A DNA stretch of 55,607 nt, taken from the NCBI GenBank assembly GCA_965637545.1, contig OZ281497.1, positions 7,316,001-7,371,607 of the forward strand. Direction: 5' to 3'. The notes under the pieces were generated by a model. The model saw only the letters and a program-made list of their open reading frames with translations. It was not told the origin of the DNA and searched no databases. Below, one piece after another: positions 13,801-24,318 of this stretch. The DNA is from Phallusia mammillata (taxonomy: Eukaryota). Each line of letters starts with the position of its first letter. Position 1 is the first letter of the stretch. A program made the translations under genes and the position numbers.

Positions 13801-16800
13801 CTTACATGATTTGGTTGGTTTTGTATCTCCCATCTACATGCAATGTTGTTGGGATATCTGTCAGGGTAATTTGGTGACGCAATAATTCCATTTGTACCCG
13901 TCAATGTATGGGAACAATTAAAAGCTGTAAAACAGAAAACAGTTCAGTAAGTACTACGTAAATCAGCATGCACTAAATAAAAAAGTCATACCTTCAGGCA
14001 GTAAGGTGGTGTTTCGTCGCTCTAAAAAAGGCATACCAACTTATTGAAAGGCGTAATTGGAACTTTTTTTGATTATAATTGATTATAATGACGAGTTGAT
14101 CACGGCTTGATTTCATATTTTTCGACAAAAAAGACTTTATCTTGAATTGATTTAAGTCACTTTACGGTATTTACGTCACTTTAAACGGTATTGCATACAC
14201 TCTGGTCTTTTGAAGTTAAATATAGGAAAGTTAGTATTGTTTTCGTTGGTTGTAGAGCAAAATTAACAAAGTAAAAATATTTACCTGAGGAACTCCAAGC
14301 AATTTCAAAAAAACCAGGCGTGTTATATCCATACGTGGTGTATTCAAAAGTAATTTTCGATTGTGAAGTTAAGCTTTTAGGTGGGGAGTTGCACAATGCT
14401 TGATCAAACTGAATTAAATAGCAAAATCAAATTAGTTTACTAATGGTCTGCTTTATTATGTAATTTCGTCGGGATCAAAAAGTAAGTAGGTTATTTGGTC
14501 CGACATGCGAAAAACATATCCTGGAAACATCAACCTGTCATATTGCTACTGTATAATAAGCACAACTCAACTTAAATTGGGTATTAAAGAACAAAAAGCC
14601 ATACATTTCTTTATACATAGGGAAAAAACGTAATTACTCGAGACGAATTCTGTGCATTATGAAAATGAAATGTGCAAACCTTACCAAACTATTGTGATGT
14701 TCATCCAAAACATTAAAGTTGTCATTGTAGCATGAAACGTTAAACTTGGTAAAAGACACTGTGATCTCCTGAAACAGATTTTCTAAAATAGTAAACCAAA
14801 TAACAAGGCACAATACCTATAAAACTGGACTAACCTTTCCCTCGGGAACATTTAAAGTCCACCTACATCTGAATGATAGATGATTACTTATGTTAGAAAA
14901 ATCAACATTCTTGAAAGTTCCGGCCAGGGATGTTAAATTTACTCCATCAGCACAAGGTTCAAATGACGAATCTACAAAAGTGGTTTGTTTGACTAAGTAG
15001 CACATCAATTAAGCATGTTTTCTTAACATTCGCAACATCTTTAATGCTAAAACTATCCACAGTCGACTCCCAGATAGGGTACATTATTATACAAGGTACG
15101 GTCCGGTATTTCGGCCAACTCATAACTAATTTATTCCTATACCAATACCAAACGTATGTTTATTATACAGAGCGAACAGTTCGCAAACTTCCAAACATAT
15201 TTATAAAAACCTACATTTCAAAATGTAATCAATGGGCCTTAGTACCTTGTGGTACGATTATTAATCAATGGGCATTAGTACCTTGTGGTACGATTATATT
15301 TGACTTTTTCAGTCAACACTGCACTAGTTTCTAACTACTGTGCATACCTACCACTTTTATATTGGCAAACTGATATTAGTAAGTTTGTGAGCAGTAACAT
15401 AATACCTAATATTCGATATTCAAGAGAAAAGCCGGAATCGGTGACTATATCATCAGAATGAAAGTACAGTTGTGTTTCTCCTCGAAAAATTACATTACCC
15501 ATGAAGTTTCTGCAGTACGTTGTAGTATTCTAAAATTTTATTTGGTTAATCAGGGCGTGTTTTTTGTAAACAGTCACGCAATTTAGTTCACTTACTCTTT
15601 GATCTGAAATAATCAAGTAGTCCCAGCGACAATCGTACATGCTTTCGATACCAAAAGTTTGAAAATAGATCAGAACAAACTAAAGTAATGAATGAAAAAA
15701 ATATAATCAGGTAACCATATTTTACTCAATGTAAGCTTGATACATAAAAACGTTATTTTACCTTATTACTTTCAGCTGGTATGACCCAGTGACAGTCTTG
15801 ATTGTCTGGGTAATTTGACGGATAATTTGGGGAGGTAATTGTCCCATTTCTGTTAGTAATACTATGCCCACAGTTAAAACCTAAATAAATAACCCCAAAA
15901 GTCAGTGTCGTTTATAGTTTTAAAATTTAAATAACTTTTAACTGCAGGTAATTGCGCTTCCAACAACTTACTTGTAGCGGCAGTTGGGGTAAAAGTAACT
16001 GGATCTGAAAAATATATAGCTTTGTTGATGCATAAATCTTTTTCAATGAAGCACATAAAAAAGACGAAATGCAATGCAAGTTAGTCGCTGTACCTGTAAC
16101 AAACCAATCAATTTCTACATTTCCGAGGTCCCGATTGGTGTTGCCAGAGTAGCTGTTGAAGGTGTATACTATCTGAACCACATTTGACGTCGTTGTAAAC
16201 GGTCTTGGTGTTTTTGAGACACAAATCTCATTAAACTAAAAAAATAAATATAATTAGAAATATATATTCAACACTAGAGATCGAACTAAACTGTTGTACA
16301 AATAAGAATATATGTGTTAAGTAATTCGACAGGAATTTTGACCTACCACAGTTTCATATGAACGACCATGGTAAAATCGAAAGTAACTTTCGCCGCATGA
16401 TGTCTTGTTAGAAAGTTTGAAGACTGGAAAACTCATGTTTATCCCCTGCATGTTACAATAAGAATTAAGTAAAACGATTAAGCAATGTTTTCCTACAATG
16501 TGCATAAGATACAATGCGAGTTTTACAAATAGCAGTCAAATAACTACATGCTGTTGTTCGTTTGTTTCATTTCTATTTTGAATGAGAAGGCAACGCCTAA
16601 ATGCGTGACGCTACCGATGAGTCCACTGTCGGGCACTTTTTTGTTGCAAAACCATTGAATCATTTTTTATTGTTTTTTTTTGAAAAAATTTGTTGGTGAC
16701 TTAATTAGCAATGCTGCTAGACTAGAGTTTCTTGCTCATAAAAAACACAACTGGCCGATATAGGATTAGAACCCCAAACCATGTGAAGCTAGCCATTCCG

Positions 16801-19800
16801 CCAACTAGGATTTAATCAAAGTCATAAGGGTCGATTTAGAGGTGATAGTTAACCCTCGCCGTTTTTTGTTGAAAAAAGTTTTGTCAGAAAGACCACACAC
16901 ATGCCCATGCTTCAAGTTAATATATCCGGTTGTTCGTAATATTTAGGGTAACAAACTTAGAAATCACAAGTGTCTTGTAGTATGTTACACTAGACAAAAA
17001 GTAGGAATTGACATTGTTATGCCATTTGAACGATTAAAACTAAAATCTCGTTTATTAAGACACCTTTAAAACGCATGCGCTACAAGAACATAAGACGGTC
17101 TAAAAACATAATGAAAGGAAACAGGGTTTACATTATCTGCGTCAATGAAAAGCTACGAGTTTTGCACAAACATGTTCAGTGAGAGACGGCTGGCGGCATG
17201 TTTTTTACAACCGGATAAAATTGACAAAACTAAAACCATTTCGATGCGTTAAAGTTGAAAGAATAAAAAGAAAATGGAAGACACACCCTTTGTGTTGGTA
17301 CTTCAATTGTCCATGAGCAGTACAGGTAATAGGGAATAGGAGATGGGAGATCGGCCGGAAACAGAATTTTGCCGGAAGTACCACGAATTGTAACACCGCC
17401 TTCACAAGCTGGAAATAAATAATAGCCAATTAAAACGCGAGGTTTTTCGAAAAAATCAAAATAAGTACCAGTGTAGTTCGAGAAATAGGCAGGTGTCGTC
17501 AGTGCAGATGTTGCGTTAGTTGCGGAACCTGAAAACACAGCAGGAATTATATATTTGCCTAGTTTACATGTGTTTTTCTAGCTTACTCATTTTACGATTG
17601 TTCGAAAACCGCATTTTTTAACAGAAATGTGCATGCACCAAGAAAAAACTTAGGTGCGCCCCAAAACAATTTAGTTTTGTTACCCAAACGTTTAAACCTA
17701 AACATAACAAAAAATAAGTGTTCGGTTTGGGGTCAGGCTCATACCTTTTCTATGGATTCAAGTTACCACAATGTTAAAAGGTATCCGTGGTGAATATTTC
17801 AAAAACCCGAAAAGGTTTAACTAACACAAAGTTACTTACCAAACCAAATAAGGTGAAAACCAGCACCGGTGACGCTACTGTCTGATTTGAACTCGATCTG
17901 CACCAAACTCGAGTTAATGGTTCCACTGACGTTCGCACTTGAACGTCCACAAATGCGTCCTGTATCGCTGACCTGCGTTCAAAAAACACTAAGCACGACT
18001 CTATATATTTCAAAGCTTAGATGTGTACAACCAAAGATATGTGATTTGCTTTAAAAGCTCAGCGTGCTTAAAATAAGACCTTAGAAGTTGCCTAAAGTTT
18101 TAGGCTTGAACTTTAAACTGCTTTAACTTGAGTTGAGCTGAGTTTATCTTGGTGAAAGAACACATAGCGACATAATTGCACTGAACAATCACCAAGCCGG
18201 AAATAGCTGCGCAACGTTGAGACGTTGATTGGGCGCAAGATTGGTGGATCATGATTAAACGCTCTGCAGCTACACAGTATTATAAAGCGTTATGTGACAG
18301 GAGCTCACCAGAAAGTAACTTTGCATAAATATAATCAAACCCACCGATAACAAAAGTCAATGTAACTATAGATAATCACCTAAAATGTAAATGACTAAAA
18401 TTAAAGATTCCATTACCTATTGAGCCAAATAAACAAAAAAGGTACACGACGGCAAAGATGAAGTTTGTAATGTGAAAGAGCTGACTGAATGACAGCTGGA
18501 TAAAGCAACACTCACCACCAAGCTTGAGTTGTCCCAGGCAACACCGGAGATCAAAAGCCAATCAAAAAGACAAATGACCTGACGCTCGATTGAAGTGTTC
18601 ACGAGAATAAAGTTTAAAATCTGTAAAGAGATAGTAAATATGACTATATCTCTGTAGTCCAAGTCGAAAAAAATATCACAAAGGTTAAACGTCCTTTAAC
18701 CACATTGACAAGTTCAAGTTAGGGCGTATTTTATGAATCCATGACACACAGATTAAACTTAAGATAAGACTTATTCAAATTATACGTTTCGATGATAATA
18801 AAGTTGGCAGCTCTAGGGCACTTTAAAAAAATGCAACTTTGACAAACTGTTAAAGCAGTTGTTTAACCATAGCTAATTAAAAAACCCAAAATAATTAACT
18901 TTTTGGATGTTTTAAAATGAAATGCAAAACAACTAGCGTTCTCCGCAAAAGCAGTTTGTGCGGTGGTGTTTGTTGATTTAATGCTAGTAAAAACATTTTT
19001 TGCCAAGTTAAACACACACTTAAATTGATTATCAAATGTATCAATAAATTATTTGTATTGCACAACATCCAGTAATTCATTAGTATTTCATTTTGTAAAA
19101 TGAAACATCTTGATCATACATGTACGCGATGTTAAACAAAGTAACATAAAAATCTGCTCACATTAATGTTTTCCACTGACACCAACCAAGTACAGTGTTG
19201 ATTGTTGGAATAAGAGCCCATTAAATTAGACGAGAAAAGATAACCGGAAATAGGGGAAGTGTGCACTGGCACCCCACATCCATCTGATATACACAAAAGA
19301 CATAAATATATTTGCAATAGGTTACAAAAAGTACAATTTTACACATAAAATGAAATCAAAGTATTTAGTAACAATATTTTAAAGTACTACTTACTTGATG
19401 TTAAACGTGTGGGACAGCTACAATTCTCTAAAAATTGACATTTAAGGATTAATTGCATTCAGATTATAGCAGTAAACAAAACTTACCATAAGTGACATTG
19501 GATGGGACGAATGCTAAAAGATAAAGAAAAAGTGAAAATGTGTGTTTTTAGAAGATAAAGCTAGTTTGCACTCACTGTAATTGGGTGTAGTAAAAGGAGC
19601 CATTGATGCTAAAATAAACAGAGAATATGATGTATTAACTTACTACCTACGTATATATAGAATGATAAAACACACAACAACATAAACAACCCTAAAAATA
19701 ACAGCATGTAATAATAGCTTTGTAATAAAATGAAAACTTACTAGTGGGGATGAACAATTTTCCTGTAAAAATACAAAATGGCATTCAATTAAGAAAGCAG

Positions 19801-22800
19801 GTAACTTATTTGTTTGGGTTTATCAATTTTATTTCACCACACTAAAATCACAGATGAGATTTTATGTATATTGAAAACAGCTTCATAAATAAATTGGGCA
19901 TTAAAGTCCAACATTTTTATTATTTACTTGAATATGTAAGATGAAATCCTCTGTTTTGAACAGCCGCATTTGAGTGAAACTCAACAAAAACACTACTTTG
20001 AGTGGATTGGTACACTGGTTCATGTGTATGGCACAGCTTTTTGCTAAGGGAATTCTGTTAAATAATCAAAAACTGAGTTGTAATTGCAATAACCAAAATT
20101 TTAAACAAGATTTGCAATGTGATAAACGTTCACTATTAACAAGATTAATTAACTTTATACATATAATGTTTAATACACACAACAACAAAATTGAAAATAA
20201 GTCCTGTTTGTGTGTGTTAGTGCCTAGTGGTAAAGCAATATAATTTTAAGTAGCTTTGAATCCAAAAAAGTCAATAAAATGGGATTTACCTCTGCTATAC
20301 TTGTATTTCCATCAAATATTTCAACCCAATCATGCCCACATGAGCTGTTGCTGGTTTCCAAATCCAAGTACAGTATGTAAACAGTGATTGTCTAAAAAGC
20401 ACATGACAGCTTTTACCTATGTTGCTATCACATTGTTTCGAAATCAGACAAAGTGTCTAATTTAAAAATAAGTGGAAAATAAATAAACAAAGGTCTTACA
20501 TCTGGATACAAAGTTTGAATCACCCAGTGACAGTCAATGCCTGCTGGATATGTACTGGGAAATCCAGGTGAAAGTATGTAACCAGAAGTTGTTGAGTGTG
20601 TTCCAGATGAACTGCAAGAGTTCGAAGCTTCCAACAACAAAACATGATCAATTAAAAATGATATATATTTCATGGTTGTAATGTCCAGTATATATAAATT
20701 AAATTATTGAACAATGCACATGTTTTTTACACACCATCTCTATTCAAATAACATGCACTTCAAGTTTTACCTGTTGTGGTGGATCCATTTTGTAAGACAC
20801 CTGCAAAATAAAGTAAAATTCATCATAACATTTTACAATTTTAAAATCAAAACAGATCCGAAATATAGTCAAAAACATTTTTCAAAAAATATAGCAAATG
20901 ATTACAATGCCCATTTGCAACAACTTTGTTAACACACCTATATTTTTATACAAGAGCTAACATTCTTGTAATTTGTTTCAATATAAAATAGAACAATTGG
21001 AAACATACCAAACCAAACCAAGTAGAATCCAACACCAGTAAAGCTGCTGTCAGATTGGAATTGGATCTGTGTGGAACTAGAGTTAGAATGTCCACGAATA
21101 TAGGAAATACCATGAGTTCTTCCACAGATCTTGTTTGTGTTGGTCACCTGAAAAACACAATATTGGCTAAAATCACAGAAGTTGTTGAATTGATTTTACC
21201 CACTGTTAAGTTTGACGTCTCCCATTTTATTCCAGAAACTTTAAGCAAGTCAAAACTGCAGTGGTTGTGACTTTCCAATCCAAGATTTAGTAGTAAAATG
21301 CCAATTTTCTGTGACAAAAATTAAAATCTTTGTGAAACCACAAATTTACCGAGGTAATTTATGTGCAAAATGGCAACAGGTAAAACCAAAATTGCAAACA
21401 TACGATAAAACATATAGTTTTGCACATATTTTTTTCAATCCGAATAACACTGAAGTATTCCAATGTAATAATGTACCAAAATGGATGATGCTAAACGCAT
21501 TCACATTTACATGAAATTTAAGTATTTTGAACGATAAAGCAAACACTATGAAAAAGTATGTATTTCAAAACACTCAAAAATTTTCTTCTAGTAGCATTAT
21601 TTTCAAACAATAGAAAATAATCTTACATTAGGATAGTCCACACTGATATACCAGAAACACATTTGACGATGTGAATACATATCTGGAAAGTTAGATGAGA
21701 GCAAATACCCAAATTCATTGGAAACTTGAACTGCAGTTCCACATTCAACTGCAAAAAAACTGTGTCATAAAATTGACAAATGTTGTTTTACAATTAACAG
21801 CCTGTACACTTTTGACATCAACAACAACAAAAGTCGTCAGGTATTGAAACACTTAAACAAGGCATATAACATACCAATGCAAACTTACCTGGAGTTGATG
21901 GTGTTGTACAGTTGCATTGAGCTAAAAATGAAAAAAAAAGTTGGTAAATACCTAAAAAAATGTTTTTTAGTTCATGTCACCACTCACCATATGAAACATT
22001 TACCAATGGCGGGGTGTATTCTGTAAAAATGAATCATAAATTATTAATATTTCGCAATTTGTGAAGGTAAATGGATTGCAAAATGCAAAGCTGCCCTAAA
22101 GTGGAACTGTAGAATCAATTTCAAAAATCAATCAAGTCATGCTGCAACAGATAATTTTTATGTTTTCAGAGTTTTATAATTTTGACCTACTATGCAGTAA
22201 TACAAATAGCTATAAAAAAGGAGCATGTTATAAAGTACAATCGTATATGTCAGGTTAAACATACCAACAACATCCCACGTAAGTTCAATATCACGGAAGT
22301 CATTGGAATTGGAGAGAGCATAGTAGTAATAAATTTCAATTCTATTTGATGTGGTAGTGACACTGTTTGGAATTGTTAAAAGGCAAATACGATCATCGAA
22401 CTGCGAAACAAAGCAACGTTAAGTTTAAATTTATTTATGTGTGACAACTTTGTTCCCAATCGGCAGAAGATATGTGTGGTTTTTAAATGCTTTGATAAGC
22501 TATAACTACTGCTGAGTATTTAAAACTACAGACCCACTAAAAACACAACAAAATGGATTATCTCACCACACGTTAGTTTATCTTATTCTTAGCAACAGAA
22601 AATGGCGCCATTTTTAAAGATGATAAAATGGCGCCCTTTAAAACCAAATGACCACTTGGTGCGTAAAAGAGTTAAAAGTCAACTGCCAAAACTCTTACCA
22701 CTGATTGTATCGGGGTTCCCTGATAAATTTGCATAAAGTGATTGTAACATGGGGCAGAAAGGTTGAATCGTCTGAAGTTCAGTTGCACGAACTGCAGAGA

Positions 22801-24318
22801 AATATTTGTAAGACAAACAATAATATTTTCGAGACAGCATTAAGTTGAAAAGGGAATTGATCAGGCCGTGTATGTCCAATTGAAAACCTGAATAAAAAAA
22901 TCGCTACAACCTAAACTTCCACGCTGTGCGCACCAACAAATACGTTTACTTAATTTTACTTGGTACTCGGGACTTAATCGGCAGCTGTTGTGGTTGCCAA
23001 AACACTTACTAAAAACAAAGAGCCTTGCAACATTTGTTCACCTGCTAACAGATAATGAAAGCGTATTTTTGATACGTACTTATCAGAACCCTTACACCAC
23101 TGAACTGGGTTTATTAAAGCAGGTTGATTACTGTCGGGTTCCTTTCGTGCAATCATCGCATTTACACCGATTTTGGTGCTAAAGAGCGATGGTGTACCAT
23201 TACACCAATGAACATAGCACGCCACAGGCACATTAAAGGCATTATGCTGTGTCACTAATCAGCCGGTTAGTAGAGCTTCGAAGGCAATGATTCTTGCCGA
23301 CTTTAAGCGCGCTTACTGCTACTGAGTCGTTTATTGGTCAGTTGGTAGTGCTCCAGTTCCGGAAAGGCTACAGTCGTTGGTTCGAATCCCAACGCAGGCT
23401 AGGGTTTTCCAGCCGATACCTTGCATATGTGAAAATGCTTGGTGATTGGCCTTGCCATATGTGAAAATGCTTGGTGAATAGACCTAGCGCAGTGTGCTTT
23501 GCATACGAGTGTGCCGTGACCGCTGTCTACATAGACGGGGTGACCCCAGCATTAAATTTATTAAATTAACCTGATACAAACACCCCAGTTGGACGTGAAA
23601 AGGTCAAATACGTTAGCAACAAAAGTTGTCGGATAAAGATTTGATAAAGGTATGTCATTGGAAGTTATGTGATGTCTTATTTAATATACCTTGTTTTCTG
23701 CTACCACTATCTTCCAGCGACATTCGTTCACACCTGTTCCCGGGTCGGTTACGTTTTCCGGAATAAGTATTTTGCCAGTTGTGGCATTCTCGATTGTCAT
23801 TCCACCCCTTGAACACGCTGTTTAACAGAAAATAAGATACATATACGTTACGTTCTTATTCTTGACTTTAGCATGAATGCTGTAAAGTGATGTTTTTATA
23901 GCGGTAATAAATAAGAGGTGCATTTATGATGGAAATATTAATGAATTGGATTCAATCGCTTACTACCTAGAATTAAACGTTTGGTCAACCATATAACTGA
24001 AGAAGATTGGCGATTTTGAACGTCTTTAGCGAGTTGCGTCGTGTTTATAACAAGCGCTATTTTGCAACAGTAGTCTTCGCGCGCACTCACCACGCTTTGT
24101 TATGCCGGAAATTAATACCACCTGTGTGGTGGAATGTTTGTGTTTATAACGCTGAACTGGTCACCAATTACATGTTAGTGATGATATGACCAACACTACG
24201 TTGGTTATATTCAATTCGATTGCTTACCTTGTATAGCTGAGTCATTACTATGCTCCGCTTTTGTGTTTTTACATCCGAGCAACAGGCAAAGCAGAAATAA
24301 AATGTGCAGTAACTGCAT
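259..24318 (-). CDS. Giant secreted multi-CUB-domain protein (cubilin-like CUB array, no EGF repeats seen); 3' end not found in window
   Basis: Exon 1 at 24228-24318 encodes a signal peptide ([22 protein letters not shown]...). It is followed by 17 complete CUB domains, each split into three exons in phases 1-0-0-1, two exons of an 18th CUB (399-517, 259-342) and 21 linker micro-exons. All 75 exons have canonical or GC-AG splice sites and join in frame with no stop (6930 nt, 2310 codons). Typical motifs: CG...SPNYP..Y.NN.DC.W.I, DYL, F.SD...GF. Confidence 0.9.
2619..10123 (-). CDS. CUB11-CUB16 of the multi-CUB gene (six-domain repeat, copy 2)
   Basis: CUB11 9999-10123, 9662-9760, 9446-9587. 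CUB12 8954-9072, 8792-8875, 8586-8709. CUB13 7976-8112, 7822-7911, 7005-7128. CUB14 6037-6155, 5436-5528, 5242-5374. CUB15 4539-4660, 4047-4139, 3748-3880. CUB16 3006-3121, 2802-2897, 2619-2742. Each matches CUB(n-6) exon for exon. Confidence 0.9.
5049..5196 (+). mobile_element. Truncated end of a non-autonomous DNA element with GACTCGAGTC palindromic subrepeats (hAT-Ac-like terminus)
   Basis: Begins CAGTGATGGG and is followed by many GACTC/GAGTC motifs; GC-rich island within an intron; no matching second TIR found. Confidence 0.5.
6305..6759. mobile_element. hAT (Charlie-type) MITE, 455 bp
   Basis: Perfect 16-bp TIRs CAGGGGTCACCAAACT / AGTTTGGTGACCCCTG, perfect 8-bp TSD ATTTAAAA (6297-6304 and 6760-6767), subterminal GGCCCGC motifs. 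Confidence 0.93.
7276..7587. repeat. Long, near-perfect inverted repeat (foldback) in an intron
   Basis: Arms 7276-7410 and 7447-7587 are exact reverse complements except for one small bubble; 36-bp spacer. Confidence 0.95.
8393..8503 (-). mobile_element. Repeat fragment with CTCGG/CCGAG palindromic subrepeats (probable DNA-transposon end)
   Basis: Minus strand starts TACAGGTGGGCCGAACCGAGCC, with repeated GAGTACTCG and CTCGGCCGAG; GC-rich island in an intron. Confidence 0.45.
10831..17408 (-). CDS. CUB5-CUB10 of the multi-CUB gene (six-domain repeat, copy 1)
   Basis: CUB5 17287-17408, 16347-16445, 16094-16235. CUB6 15762-15880, 15596-15679, 15406-15529. CUB7 14835-14971, 14685-14768, 14285-14408. 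CUB8 13806-13924, 13308-13400, 12875-13001. CUB9 12501-12622, 12254-12352, 11899-12031. CUB10 11321-11436, 11012-11107, 10831-10954. Confidence 0.9.
15226..15297 (+). repeat. 36-bp tandem duplication (2 copies, 1 mismatch)
   Basis: TAATCAATGGGC(C/A)TTAGTACCTTGTGGTACGATTAT twice. Confidence 0.95.
17840..23817 (-). CDS. CUB1-CUB4 of the multi-CUB gene (N-terminal block)
   Basis: CUB1 exons 23690-23817, 22699-22791, 22265-22400. CUB2 21627-21748, 21204-21308, 21009-21147. CUB3 20500-20627, 20290-20391, 19928-20054. CUB4 19162-19283, 18516-18620, 17840-17972. Linker exons 21988-22020, 21889-21921, 20771-20800, 19742-19762, 19576-19608, 19487-19513, 19395-19427. Confidence 0.88.
23325..23570 (+). 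mobile_element. tRNA-derived SINE
   Basis: A-box-like TGGTCAGTTGG (about 23335-23345), B-box GGTTCGAATCCC (23379-23390), tRNA-unrelated body with an internal tandem duplication of CATATGTGAAAATGCTTGGTGA, and an AT-rich tail ATTAAATTTATTAAATTAA. The acceptor stem does not pair, so it is not a tRNA gene. Confidence 0.7.

Noticed and set aside
16754-16810. Minus-strand A/B-box-like motifs (GGTTCTAATCC)
   Set aside because: Spacing too short and B box degenerate; at best a decayed SINE fragment.
21882-21892. AACTTACCTGG resembling the U1 snRNA 5' end
   Set aside because: It is the reverse complement of a splice donor of the minus-strand gene; no further U1 structure.
22004-22020. 17-nt micro-exon using the first GT
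   Set aside because: It breaks the frame; the 33-nt version (21988-22020) with a GTGAGT donor fits and matches the paralogous linker.
22339-22350. ATTCTATTTGA resembling the start of the ascidian spliced leader
   Set aside because: Partial match only, antisense inside a coding exon, with no donor or Sm site.
23325-23400. Functional tRNA gene
   Set aside because: A and B boxes are present but the acceptor and anticodon stems do not pair; treated as a SINE head.
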